NCBI GenBank assembly: GCA_002633005.1
Contig: NMRA01000568.1
Location: 1 to 64,000 of the forward strand
DNA length: 64,000 nucleotides
Direction: 5' to 3'
DNA from: Phoronis australis
Taxonomy: Eukaryota; Animalia; Phoronida
This document shows, piece after piece, positions 12,354 to 24,850 of the stretch; the stretch's first letter is position 1, and the number at the start of each line of letters is the position of its first letter. A program made the position numbers and the translations under genes. The notes under the pieces were generated by a model. The model did no database searches, was not told where the DNA came from, and worked only from the letters and a program-made list of their open reading frames with translations.

Positions 12354-12690
12354 CAATCTCTGACAGTGTAATTCTCTCGCCATCTATACACAATCTCTGA
12401 CAGTGTAATTCTCTCACCATCTACGCACAATCTCTGACAGTGTAATTCTCTCTCCATCTACGCACAATCTGATAGTGTAATTCTCTCGCCATCTATACAC
12501 AATCTCTGACAGTGTAATTCTCTCACCATCTACGCACAATCTCTGACAGTGTAATTCTCTCTCCATCTACGCACAATCTGATAGTGTAATTCTCTCGCTA
12601 TCTATACACAATCTCTGACAGTGTAATTCTCTCACCATCTACGCACAATCTCTGACAGTGTAATTCTCTCTCCATCTACGCACAATCTCT
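12354..12690. repeat. 37-bp minisatellite with trimeric (about 109-bp) higher-order structure
   Basis: Unit CAATCTCTGACAGTGTAATTCTCTC(G/A/T)CCATCTA(T/C)(A/G)CA; the diagnostic base cycles G-A-T three times. Confidence 0.92.
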
Positions 12691-13398
12691 TTAATTCGTC
12701 AATGTGGATTTAACAAACCTGCTAAAATGAGAGTACACACAAAAAATGTTTAAACCTCAACAAAATAAAAATGTGGTGTCTGTGTGGAGCCAAGCTGTTA
12801 AAGTTGAAATGCTTTAAGGTCATACAGAACCTAGCAAAATGTCCACGTTTGACTAACCTTTACATATCACTCATAAACATCTGATGGAGGTCCTTATCAA
12901 ACTTTCACATGGCATGCTTTATTCACTGTTCTACGAAATGCTGATGTCAGCTGTTTTTGAAATGTTCCACTTGTGCATGAGGGACATAAACAAAATTGGG
13001 CATTTATGACCTTGATGAAAAATCTCAAAATTTACATAAAAAGAAAATAATTTTTAAAACTCAGCATTTTATAGATTTAACCTTTTAACCTTTCATATTT
13101 AACTACTTTATGTTCTAACTTGTTCCCATTGTTTTTCTTCGAATGTATCTGTCTTTTTCCTAAGTGTTACTAAAAACGCATGACCTAATTAATGGCAAAT
13201 TGGTGTAAAGTCAAAAATCAAATTCTACATGCTTTCAATTTTAGAAAATATTAAGTTTAAATCTATTGTTTTTGGAGATATTTAGCCGATTATGTGGACC
13301 AGTCCTGTTGATAAGGTTGTACACAATAACATTTATAATATAGTGAAAAACAACTAAGGCTGCTTGTCATAGTTTATTGACACTCGGTGTGTGACTTT

Positions 13399-13778
13399 AG
13401 TGCCGTTAACTCTACAAAAGTTGACACGGATCAGCTGACACGGAACGAGTTGTTCCAGCGCAAGTATGTGTGTAAACGGAACTGAACTGGAGAAAATTGA
13501 CACTGCGGCGACAACTTTTGCTACCCACCGTTTGTGAGGTAGAGCAGTTTACGCTAGAACATCTTGTTCCATGTCAATTATGTGTCTAAACACAAAACTG
13601 GGACAAGGCGGAAAGGATCATCTCTACTGCGCTTGTGTAATGACCTAAGTACAGGTTCTCTGTCTCTTCAACTCAAGTCATTTGTAAACCTGCGCATGTG
13701 TGATCCGGACACTTGACACCGATCAATTTGCTCCGTGTCAGTTGCACCGCGCCCAAAGTTGATGTCTAAATGGGACTT
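13399..13778. mobile_element. Probable PIF/Harbinger-type MITE inserted at the start of the 38-bp array
   Basis: Degenerate TIRs (TAGTGCCGTTAAC vs TAAGTCCCATTTAGAC) in TTA context, with internal TGACACGGA inverted motifs. A satellite unit precedes it (13372-13398) and the array resumes after it. Confidence 0.5.
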
Positions 13779-14410
13779 ATATTATGGTTCACATTATTGA
13801 CACTTGGTGTGTGACTATATTATGGTTTACATTATTGACACTTGGTTTGTGACTATATTATGGTTTACATTATTGACACTTGGTGTGTGACTATATTGTG
13901 GTTTACATTATTAACACTTGGTTTGTGACTATATTATGGTTTACATTATTAACACTTGGTGTGTGACTATATTATGGTTTACATTATTAACACTTGGTGT
14001 GTGACTATATTGTGGTTTACATTATTAACACTTGGTGTGTGACTATATTATGGTTTACATTATTAACACTTGATGTGTGACTGTATTATGGTTTACATTA
14101 TTGACACTTGATGTGTGACTGTATTATGGTTTACATTATTGACACTTGATGTGTGACTGTATTATGGTTTACATTATTGACACTTGGTGTGTGACTATAT
14201 TATGGTTCACATTATTGACACTTGGTGTGTGACTATATTGTGGTTTACATTATTAACACTTGGTGTGTGACTATATTGTGGTTCACATTATTGACACTTG
14301 GTGTGTGACTATATTATGGTTTACATTGTTGACACTCGCTGTGTGACTGTATTATGGTTTGCATTATTGACACTCAGTGTGTGACTGTATTATGGTTTGT
14401 ATTATTGACT
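13779..14410. repeat. 38-bp minisatellite (about 17 units)
   Basis: Unit GACTATATTATGGTTTACATTATTGACACTTGGTGTGT; period 38 (13813, 13851). Confidence 0.95.
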
Positions 14411-14668
14411 GTAATCATAGTTTGCACTTAATGACCCCAGCATTAAAGCTCAAGCCTGAGCTCGAGTCTATGTCTCAGATCTGAGCCCATCAAGTACTGA
14501 CCACTTGTCATTATCTTGAGTTTGTAAAAGTAGAAAGGAAAATATCAAAATAATTATTGAGTTTGATTTTGGGTAAGAAAATTAGAGCCTGGACATTGGT
14601 GTTTTACACAGAATAGCAGTTCATCAGTCCATACAATTTGAAAACTTTATGAAATATTCTTTTTATAG

Positions 14669-14831
14669 TTGGTGAAGTAGAAGATGCCTTCAAGTTATCA
14701 CCAGATGCATTCTTGTCTAAGTATGCTACACAACTGCCAAGCCACACAGATGAGAAGATAGTATTTCAATGCCTAGCTGGTTACCGCAGCAACATTGCCA
14801 TGGAGACAGCCCACAGTTTAGGTTTTACAAA
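14669..14831 (+). CDS. Single-domain rhodanese, exon 3 (active-site Cys)
   Basis: ttttatAG acceptor and GTAAGT donor, phase 1/2. Translates (L)GEVEDAFKLSPDAFLSKYATQLPSHTDEKIVFQCLAGYRSNIAMETAHSLGFT(K), with catalytic loop CLAGYRS. Confidence 0.93.
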
Positions 14832-15008
14832 GTAAGTAATCATTGCTTGTTTACATATGTTTACTACATAGAAACGGATGTGTCAGTTCAAACTAAAATT
14901 AGTGTCGTGCTTTTCTACTTTTGATTCTTGCATCCATTTTCATGATTTTTAATGTTTATACAATTATATTGCTAATGCTTTCATGGGTGCAACTCACTAA
15001 CTTTTAGA

Positions 15009-15292
15009 TTTCACCAGCAGTACAACGACTTTGTATCACTATCATTTTGAATAGGAGGCCTGCTGATGTTATTATATTTCACCAGCAGTACAATGACTTT
15101 GTATCACAACCATTTTGAACAGTAGGCCTGCTGGGTCATGTTATTATTTTCCACCAGCGGTACAACGACTTTTTATCACAACCATTTTGAATGGGAGGCC
15201 TGCTGTGTCATGTTATATTTCACCAGCTGTACAATGACTTTGTATCACAACCATTTTGAATAGGAGGCCTGCTGAATCATGTTATTATATTT
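15009..15292. repeat. About 70-bp tandem repeat (4 units) ending at the exon 4 acceptor
   Basis: TTTCACCAGCAGTACAACGACTTTGTATCACAACCATTTTGAATAGGAGGCCTGCTG...TGTTATTATA repeated four times. Confidence 0.85.
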
Positions 15293-15300
15293 CTTTGCAG

Positions 15301-15385
15301 AGCTCGTAACTATGTCGGAGGCTGGGAAGAGTGGGTCCACCGAAATCCTGAAAAAATTGAGTTTTTTAAGAAAGTGAAAGGTTGA
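15301..15385 (+). CDS. Single-domain rhodanese, terminal exon 4
   Basis: ttctttgcAG acceptor, phase 2. Translates ARNYVGGWEEWVHRNPEKIEFFKKVKG*, with the rhodanese Y.GGW.EW motif. Candidate AATAAA at 15571. Confidence 0.93.
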
Positions 15386-16369
15386 CGACCCTCAAGTATT
15401 AGGATTTTTTTTGGATGCCACAAAAGAACAGTTGATGGGTAATTGGAATGGATGGATGTTTTTAATCTTCGCACAGATTCTTCTCAAGGTGATGCAACAG
15501 GAATTAATGTTGGACTTGTGCTTTATCATTTTTATCGTTGAAATGTTTTGATTGTTGGCAAGAGACTTAAAATAAATAAGGAAGTATGCATTATATTTAA
15601 CATACGGTCAACAAAATGCAGAAGGTTAAGCATCACAGTGATTGAAATACTGTTATGGATCGACACAATGCATCATGCATTGAGGTAACCAACAAAAATT
15701 AAACTATTGTTCACAATCCACTGTTAATACTCAACAAGTGATAACTCTTCCAAAATACATATTTTGAAAGCCACCTTCATAGAAGGACTTTTGATGGTTT
15801 TCTGATCATTTGTTGGTTAGTCGACTCCTCTTTTTTACCTAAAAGTTGTGGAAAGATTTTGAAAAAACGCCCAGAAAATGGTCAGAATGAACAAATGAAA
15901 AAGCGGTTATATGTAATGAAAAGTATAATTTGCAGCCATACAACTGTCATTTTTAATACAAAACAATCCACGTCATTTGTTTATCAAACCAATCTTAAAG
16001 AGGCATGGATCACAAAAGCTCGTCAAAATATCTTTTAAACAATTCCCATCTTGCAGTGTCTACCACAGACCTATTCTCTTTCCCCAGTGTGGAAATTTCC
16101 ACAAAAAAACTCAAGATTTTTGAAACAAGTGCAAAGAAAAAGTTCTGTAGTCATCACAGAGTTTCCAATCTCCCTNAACAAACCTTAAAAAATACCCGGT
16201 GAACGGGTTGAATTCTGTTTCAGTGACAGAAAACCACTTTGAAATATGCAATTTAGTTGCCTTTAGCGTTCCAGTGCCCAGTTGCATGAAACAGTCCCAA
16301 GTAGGGACTCGACTAATAAGTTCCCTAATTCCACGGATTAAGTTGATGGAGATTTGTACAGAATTGTGT

Positions 16370-18525
16370 ATTGTTGATGTTTGACGGGAACAAAACACCA
16401 ATAGTAAAGAATACGCTTGGGGAGCTGGAAGTAAACGATTACTAGATTATTTTGTATTTCTGAAAACCTCTTAGCCGATGTTGACTCCACAATAGAATTC
16501 GGATACCGGTCCAATTATTCAATGGTGACGATTTTCTTTGAAAGTACCGTTTCCAGTAGGAAGAAATCATTTAGGAAATTTAATAACTCTCTTAAAAAAC
16601 TCTTGCTGCGGTCAAGGATACCATTAAATTAGTTAAGCAGCGGTATAAGACTGACGACATTCAGACAGTTGATAGATAGTACATGTAAAACAGATTTACA
16701 ATTTTCTATAAATGACCAACTTTTTCTTGAAAGGTTGTTGATGGAGGTTTCCGACAAAACAATTTCCTTTGTTTCTTTCTTAAAAAGAAAGTGATAGAGC
16801 TGAACAGCAACTTATCGAAGAAATAAGTTTGTTGGAAAAAAGTCTAAGCCTTGATAGGGAAATACTTGAACAAAAATAATCAACTTGCCGAACTGAGGCA
16901 GGATATGTTAAGAGGTCTCATGACTAGGTCGGGGGCAAGATGGATTGAAGAGCGAGAAAAACCTTCCAACTATTTTCTTCACTTGGAAAATAGGCATTAC
17001 ACAAGGAAGTATATGCCTTTTGGGGGAAAGATGACATTACTAAAACCAATAGTGAAGAGGTTATTCAGGAAACCAAAACTTGTTATGAAAATCTATACAA
17101 ATATAGAAATTCTAACAACAATACTGCTTTAGAAACTTGATAAGGTGTGTGTCTCCAAACTGAATGAGACAGAAAATGAAAAATTAGAAGGTCTTCTTAT
17201 ATATGTAGAAGTCACAATCCTTGAAAAAATGAAAAGAACAAGAGCCTAGGCTCCGAAGGTTTTTCAGTGGAATTTCTGAAATTTTTTTTGGCAGAACTTG
17301 GACATTTCGTTGTTCGCTCACTCAATAGTGGCCAGTTATCATCAACACAGAAAGAGGGAGTGATTACCTGCATCCCTAAGGGAGCAGCTAAAAGTAAACA
17401 GCTGAAAAACTGGAGACCCATATTCTTACTCAGCGTGACATATAAATTGACTTTTTCGGCTGTGACTGAACGGTTAAAATCCGTTTGGGAAAACTAATCA
17501 GTAAGGACCAGACAGGTTTTGTTTCTGGAAGAAATATGAACGAAAATATCCGCGTGCTGTATGATGTAATGTTTTATGCCCAGTCAGCTAACAAACCAGG
17601 ATTGCTTTTACTGATCGATTTTGAGAAAGTATTTGATTTATTGTCGTGGAATTTTATTAAAAAAAACTTTATCTTTCCTTAATTTTGGTTGGTCGATCAG
17701 AAGGTGGGCAAAAGTCTTTTATAATTTTAAGTCGTGTGTTATCGTAAATGATCACCCATCTTCCTGGTTCAATATTTAGCGTGGCTACAGACAAGGTGAC
17801 CATTTGTCTGCCTACATTTTCATATTGTGCGCGGAGATTTTGGCGTATTTAATCAGGAATAATGTAAATATTACATGTGTAGTTGCAGGAAATAATGAAC
17901 ATTTGATTTCGCAATATGCGGACGACACATCAATTACGCTGGATGGGTCGAATTTGTCATTGACTAGCACATTGAATGTACTACATTTGTTTGCTGGTGT
18001 CTCCGGTCTCCAAGTGAATGTGGATAAAACAAAAGCCATATGGTTTGAAAGTAAAACTGGTAGTGATGACGTGATTCCTACAAAAGAAAGTCTGTCTTGG
18101 ACAAAAAAGTCTTTTAGATGTTTGGGGGTGGATTTTGACACTCAATAGGATAGTTTGACGCGTAAGAACTTCACTGCAAGAATGACTGAGATTAAGTCTT
18201 CATTAAAAAGTTGGAGTAGACTAAATTTAACGCCGTTTGGTAGAGTAACTATAAATAAAACGTTAGCTATTTCTAAGCTTAATTTTTTGTTGTCAATTTT
18301 ACCAAATCCACCAGCAAAAGTCGTGGATGAATTGAATGCGATATTCTTTAGAATTATATGGCAGGCTCGAAATGATAAAATTAAGTGAAATACGGCCTGT
18401 TTAGGAATAGACCACGGTTGGACTAAAAATGGTTAATTACATACTTTCAGCAAAGCTTTAAAACTCGCCCGGCCATGGCTCGCAGATATCTTGAAAGCCC
18501 CGTGTCTAAAAGTAGTCAGTTACTA
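16370..18525 (+). mobile_element. Decayed L1/Tx1-clade LINE ORF2 (endonuclease end plus reverse transcriptase)
   Basis: Frameshifted fragments: RSGARWIEEREKPSNYFLHLE, LKNWRPIFLLSVTYK, DQTGFVSGRNMNENIR, LLIDFEKVFD, ISQYADDTSI, WSRLNLTPFGRVT. A MITE end follows at 18530. Confidence 0.92.
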
Positions 18526-19388
18526 TACACAGTGGCGGATTTAGAGAGGGGCCAAGTGGATCATCCCCCCCCCCCTAAAATTCTCCAGATTCCATTTGGC
18601 AGTTCGGGGGTGCAAATGTCTGACGGCCAAAATCCTGGCTAATACTCTGCGGCTTGGTCCCCCTTGAGGATGGGGACGAGGCTGACTAGTACTACCCACA
18701 CATAATAACAGTGAACTTGTTTCCTGAAATGAAAATAAACTCATTTGTGAAAATATCTATAACTAAAATAGTGCGATTGATGTACATGTAGTGCTCAGGG
18801 CGGTTTAATGGTAATATGCTATGCTATTGTTTAGTTTTGATACGAAAGTAACACAGTAATAACACAAAATGGGATTAATGCAATGCACCACACTTATTTT
18901 GTAACTTTTTTCACGTTTTATAAGTAAAAAGTTCATTATTCTTTGACACACCACGGTGCGTTCTCGATCGCTTCTTTCGTCAGAAAGGTGTCGAAATTCA
19001 GAGATCCTGACAAAACTACAAAAAAGCAAGCGTTGCGTTATATTTTCACACGTCATTTCTTCATAACTTCATAAACAATTTATTGATATAGTGCCAAAAA
19101 TAACCGCAATTTGCCAAAATGACATACAAATCACCTTTGGCTCATGCGATGCCTCTGTCAACGCAACTTTTCTCCAATAGTTGGAAGAGACACTGTCCTA
19201 AACCTCTACCTGTCCTTCCTCAATGTGTTATGCCTTGAACTCATGTCTCTCTCTGTTTTCACATTGGAAGTACAAACGACGGAAATTCATCTAATTTACT
19301 TGCCTTGCCTGGCTTCGCATCTAGCGCCAAATTTCGTTCTCGATCTTCTTCCGGGCGTTCATGATCGCGGGTTGGCCGGGGTGAGGCC

Positions 19389-20361
19389 AGCCTCGTCCCC
19401 AAGCCTCAAGATGGCGCTGAGCTGTGAATAGCCATCTCGCTGGTTCCCTTCGTGCCTAACCAGCACTCAGGTATCACGCAGTGGCACGCGCTTTAGCATT
19501 GGTTGATGTAACCTCAGCAGTCATTTGGTTAGCTTTACAACAACTTGAAAAAATGGCAGACTGTGAACGAATTTTAGCCTTGTCATGCAAGTGACGTCGC
19601 AGCAACTATTTCGTTTCTACAGTTATGCTTAATAGCCGCGTGCTTGAAGCACATTCATGTACAATAAACTCATATCTGGCCGATTCAATCGGTGTGTTAT
19701 TCACACTGTATGCCTATACAGGACAGTATAGTAAACAAAAGTCATCAACAGTAGAAAGATGCACTCCGAAAAGGCGCTACCACAATTTCTAAGATTCACA
19801 TTTCCTGAACATGAATTTTAAGCACCGATTTGTCTGACAACAGACCAAATTTACACTTCAGCCCATCACTCGTGCCAGTTTGTTTGCATAAAGCGCTGCC
19901 TGTTGAGAATTCGACCAGCAATCAGAAGCGCCGGTGTACAAAAATTTCCCGAGGAAAATTAAGTGATACCTGCGTGCTGACTACCGACCACCTAGCGGCA
20001 CGCATGGAACCAGCGAGCCTTGAAATTTTCTGCAGAATATTACAAAAATGAAAACTAACGGTCTATTGCAGCAATTTGGGTCTAAACTATTGCAAAAACG
20101 TTGTATTTTGATTCGAAAACAAATTAATTTCTATTAAGAATTGAAAATAAGAAGGCGCGAACAACTTTTCTTTTAAACAATAACCAACAATGCCTTATGC
20201 TTTATGAATGACAGCAACAACGCCCGTGAAAATAATTAAAATCTGTTTTTGTTTTAATAACGCCAAGGCAGCGGCCAGTCATTGCGATAAAGGAATTTCC
20301 CATAACCAAGCCTCAAATGGCTACGCCGTTCAGCGCCATCTTGAGGTCTGGGGGCGAGGCT
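19389..20361. mobile_element. TIR MITE (AGCCTCG...CGAGGCT) containing a nested MITE
   Basis: AGCCTCGTCCCCAAGCCTCAAGATGGCGCTGA at the left and TCAGCGCCATCTTGAGGTCTGGGGGCGAGGCT at the right. Confidence 0.75.
19436..20017 (+). mobile_element. About 580-bp MITE with CTCGCTGGTTCC TIRs, copy 1 (nested)
   Basis: TIRs CTCGCTGGTTCCCTTCGTGCC and GGCACGCATGGAACCAGCGAG; homologous in inverted orientation to 54381-54974. Confidence 0.85.
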
Positions 20362-20490
20362 GTTAACCGTCCTCCTTGTATTTGCTTGTTTAGGCTACTG
20401 ACAATTCAAAACAGAGAGATAAAATCCCAAAATTCTATGGGTTTTGTTGTTTTATAGCTCTGCTCAAAGCTAATTAAATATCCAATAACA

Positions 20491-20882
20491 ACCGATGTCT
20501 GACACAGTTTACCAATAATGTCTGACACAGTTTGCCGATAATGTCTGACACAGTTTGCCCATAATGTCTGACACAGTTTGCCGATAATGTCTGACGCAGT
20601 CCGCCGATAATGTCTGATGCAGTTCGCCGATAATGTCTGACGCAGTCCGCCGATAATGTCTGACGCAGTCTGTCGATAATGCCTGACACAGTCCGCTGAT
20701 AATGTCTGACACAGTCCGCCTATAATGTCTGACACAGTCCGCCGATAATGTCTGACGCAGTCCGCCAATAATGTCTGACACAGTCCGCCGATAATGTCTG
20801 ACACAGCTAGCCGATAATGTCTGACACGGTTCGCCGATAATGTCTGACACAGTTCGCCGATAATGTCTGACACAGTTTGCCG
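20491..20882. repeat. 23-bp minisatellite (about 17 units)
   Basis: Unit CCGATAATGTCTGACACAGT(T/C)(T/C)G. Confidence 0.95.
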
Positions 20883-22134
20883 ATTTTAAACAAGCTAGAT
20901 TGTATAATTCGATTTTTTGTTATTATGGCGTTAAATAATAACGCGCGACATCGAATTTCACAATGACGTCATACTAAACACAGAACAGGCAAACACAAGA
21001 GTAGAAATTACAGGTGTGATTTAACTTCTCTCCTTAAAATTATTCACATAAACTATTCTTATTTTACAATCCCAACAACATAGTGTAATCATGATCTAGT
21101 GAAATACACAGTGTAATCAACATGGTGTAATCATGATCTCGTGAAATACAGCGGATACGGGAGCAAAATGGTCTTGAAATTTGCACGCTTTTATGAAGGT
21201 TAAATTGCGCATTTTTCCGTGACGCTGTTTGACTTAAAATATATCGGTGACCTCTAATCTTTTACTATTTTATAGAAAACTTGAGGGACTTCAAAATAAA
21301 AAACAACAAAAAATTAACTGTGAAACTTTGTGTAGAAGGGTTATAATTTGATGTACTCGAAATCCAGAAAAAAGTTAACGCTTTAATACTCCGACGTAAG
21401 AAAATCAGTAAACCGGGAGAAGTGTCACTAAAACGGTCGACACATAAAACTGACACCGGGCAAAGAAATTTATCCGTTTGCAAAAAGATTTCAATCATTA
21501 ATTCATTAAGAATTGACTTTCCTAATTTTGTATTGTTTCAAATCTATTTGTTCCTTCTTAATGATTATCGGTAAAGGCAGGCCTGCGATCTGAGATTTTA
21601 TTTACTCGTAATTTATTTCTGGGTGCGCTGAATTAAAACAATACACGTATTCATCCCAGAAACAAATGTTCATATCTCTTATTTGAAAAGTAAGGCAATA
21701 GGTAAAAGAAAATCGCTTGGTTAAACGTTCAGGCACTGAGTGGCAGATCTAGAGTTTTATCAACGGGGCTTTACTCATGTCAGTTATGTGTGCAAAAACA
21801 TACGGTGTCCGCAACTGTATCTCCCAAGCGCCTTGCAGTTTCTTCATGAAATTTAGCAGCAATAAAGTTCTATTTTCTGCCATGTTGTGATCTAAATTTA
21901 TTTCTCACATGACCTGGAATGTGTTACGACACCGAGTATGTACATGTAATTTTTTATTTTACACGGACGAATCACAAAGTAGTGCAAAGTAGAAATCCTT
22001 ACGCCTTAAATTTTGTCGTCTGCTATGCAAAACACTAAAACAACCAAACGTGCGCCAACCAAACAATGTCGCAACTGTACGTAACCCTAGTCGGAAGGAC
22101 ATGCAAACAACTTCTTAAACGGCGGCTAATCCGG

Positions 22135-23795
22135 TAATTGTTTACAATATGACGACAATGACTTAGACATATGATTTTGGTATCGTTCGATTCCTCGCAA
22201 TGTTATCTTCCCAAATATACACATAAATTTCTCCTACCCCGTTCCCTTAGTATTTTATCGTGAAATTTCTTCTAGCACTATTTCTTGGTACGCGGTAGTA
22301 ATACCGCCATGTTGAATGGAAGGAGTCACCTGTCGGTCAAAAACTGAATTAATCTCCCGACTTGCAGATCGTCGCTTTTATAAGTTCAACTACTGAAATT
22401 GACCGAGAGCCGTCAATCCCCTGCCCGAGTTACGGAACCAAGGATTCGAATTCGATCCTATGGTGACCCTGATATACGCATCTGCTAGCAAGAATCCGCC
22501 AAAACAGCGGAGGTTGTTTTTGAGGTCCAAATTTGTGCATTACCAGCAATTCGTAAACTAGGTCATCCGCCAGGTTCTCTGCGAAAACTAGGTCATCGCT
22601 TATGGACCAGTTAGCGCTTCACTCTCCGCGTGTCTACTGGAGAGAAGCACCAGGAAGGTTGTTTTACATTTTGTAGCCCAAAATTACCAAAGTTCAAATA
22701 TATTCCGTTGAAAAGGAAAAACAAAACATATTATTACAGATGTCTGGCCAATCATGAGTCACTACTCGTAAGCAAATCAAAGCTGTCCTTACTCGTTGCC
22801 TCGTCTCGCACTACCCGTCAATCGCCTAGTTTTCAACGGTTCGCAATGCAACAATACAATTCTCATAAATTCAACTTGTAATGACCCCTTTCAATTTTAA
22901 ACCATGCCCGAAGTACTCGAAAACAAATTATTGTGAGGTACAACGAGGTTTTTTTTCTCTGAAGTGGATCGTAGTTTTCCGCACATAGCTACTTTGGCCT
23001 AGAGCTGAATTCTTAGCTCCCCCCACATGACTATGGGCCGGGCCGGTCAAGAGCTAATTCCTGTTGTACGCACTACTTAAGCATTGGAATCAAATTGTCA
23101 TATATAGAGAAAACGTTTATTAGTATACTGGTGTGAACATTAGTCAGTGATTTAACCAAAAACTTCGAATTAACTAGACCCACTAATGCAAGTTATGACG
23201 ATAAACTGATATCAAAAGGCCAAAATTGGCAATTTTCGGCGACCCCATGTTAAATACAAAATTTTGTCTAATTTTCTTCAAAATCCTACATTTCAATCTT
23301 GATTATACTGACATCTGTTGGGTCTATCGGCAACTAACCGCACATGAAAGGCTTGGTCGAAAATTATCGTTTTCTCACATGCACTTTCGGGTTTTTAGCG
23401 GCGATTCCACTGATCGANAAGAGTATCACTTCAGACAATTTCGTGGAAAAATGGTCAAATGGTCACAATTCTAAAAAAATGGAAAAGGTAAAATGCTTCT
23501 ACTTGTTCATCAATATTATGTCAGGAAAACTTTAGCGGGAATCTCGCGCAGGCAAACACCATTCAGAATCAATGATGCTGTTTCATTCATTAACAGTAGG
23601 TGTCGCTGTAATCTTGAGTTGAGCTAACATGGCGGTGTCCACCGGGAAATAGTGCCAACTGAAATTCGACGATAAAATTTGGAGGAAACGCGGTAGGGGA
23701 TCAATTCATATATTCTTGGAAAGATGATGGTGCGAGGAATCGAACGATACCAAAATCATATGTCTAAGTCATTGTCGTCATATTGTAAACAATTA
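22135..23795. mobile_element. 1.66-kb non-autonomous DNA transposon with long TIRs
   Basis: About 65-bp perfect inverted repeat (TAATTGTTTACAATATGACGACAATGACTTAGACATATGATTTTGGTATCGTTCGATTCCTCGCA) extending imperfectly to about 180 bp; TA at both outer ends; no transposase ORF recognised. Confidence 0.88.
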
Positions 23796-23929
23796 AGAGA
23801 GGTTAATTACCTAACGGCTTTTCACGTGTGAATATTTTTTAATACTGTAATGACGCAGCATTGCCTACACCCAGTTGTAGTAAATTCCATCATGCGGCGC
23901 CTGAGTACTCGAAGCTTTTAAAATATTTT

Positions 23930-24240
23930 AATACCAATTAAAAGCAGGTGAGAAACATGTGCGAGGGATATGGAGGTGACCACGGAACGAGGTTCGCGTG
24001 CGTCTCGGAGACCTTACAAAACTTCCTTTGTTGGTATTCAGGAGCCGCACCCTGCAAACACTTGAGATTGTTAAAATTAGTGTGTGATATTGTATTCGCT
24101 TCTGAAAGGGTGACCATCCCAATCTGCAAAACAAAGGTAGAAAAGGCATTCTTCCCCTGAACCCTGGGAAGATTCTGAGCGTTCTCTCACTGCGGCCAAG
24201 TTACCATGTCGCGTAATACAGGTGTCCCAAATTTCCTGAT
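23930..24240 (-). mobile_element. CR1/L2-type LINE 3' fragment
   Basis: LGWSPFQKRIQYHTLILT followed after a frameshift by KCLQGAAPEY, the C-terminal signature of CR1/L2 ORF2. Confidence 0.7.
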
Positions 24241-24269
24241 GATGCGCGTGTCTCGAATACTTAGCTTAA

Positions 24270-24850
24270 AGGAGAATGTCACTCGATTTAATTAGTCATT
24301 TTAACCGTCTTAATCGGTCTATATCCAAATCGCCTCCACCTTACCTTGCCGAGAGGTGTCGCGTTAACCTGTGAGGAAGGTGAGAAACGACGCAGCGACG
24401 TCAGTGGTTCATCTACAGAGTTATGCCGCCATGTTGCGGTGCATCGTTCCCGCTAGTATGAACTATGAAGCTGTGAGGAAAGCGGGTATATCGTTTTTCG
24501 ACTTCCTCGAGAGCCCGAAATGTTTAGGAAGAAGCTCGTGGTAGTAAAGAATGAAAAGTACGCTGTTAATAGCAAGTATGAGGCCGTAAAACATCTCCGT
24601 GTCTGTTGCCGGCATTTCGTCGACATTGAATAATCTGACAAATGCCGGCTTTCCAAAGAACTATCAATACGTTCCGTTCCCTGTGCATGTTCAAGGCGCT
24701 TCTCTAGTATTTCTTGGTCAGTGTATTCCTGTACGAAGTGATAGCCTGTGAAACCTAACGATCTACCAGTGAAGTCTTCATCGAATGAACTGTCGTCTAC
24801 GTCGGGATTGCAAGTTGCCATGTTGACGTTTATTATTCTGCGTTCTGTTT
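24270..24850. mobile_element. Kolobok-like deletion derivative: THAP 5' end (+) joined to a convergent KolX-like 5' end (-)
   Basis: TTAA|AGGAGAATGTC terminus. Plus 24431-24624 (frameshifted): MLRCIVP..NYEAVRKAGISF/RLPREPEMFRKKLVVVKN...HLRVCCRHFVD. Minus from 24821: MATCNPDVDDSSFDEDF...GYHFVQEYTDQEI. Right TIR not found. Confidence 0.65.

Noticed and set aside
20406-20873. Long repetitive ORFs (also 11792-12061, 42104-42385, 47301-47615, 40294-40651)
   Set aside because: They are stop-free translations of tandem repeats or microsatellites, with no splice or domain support.
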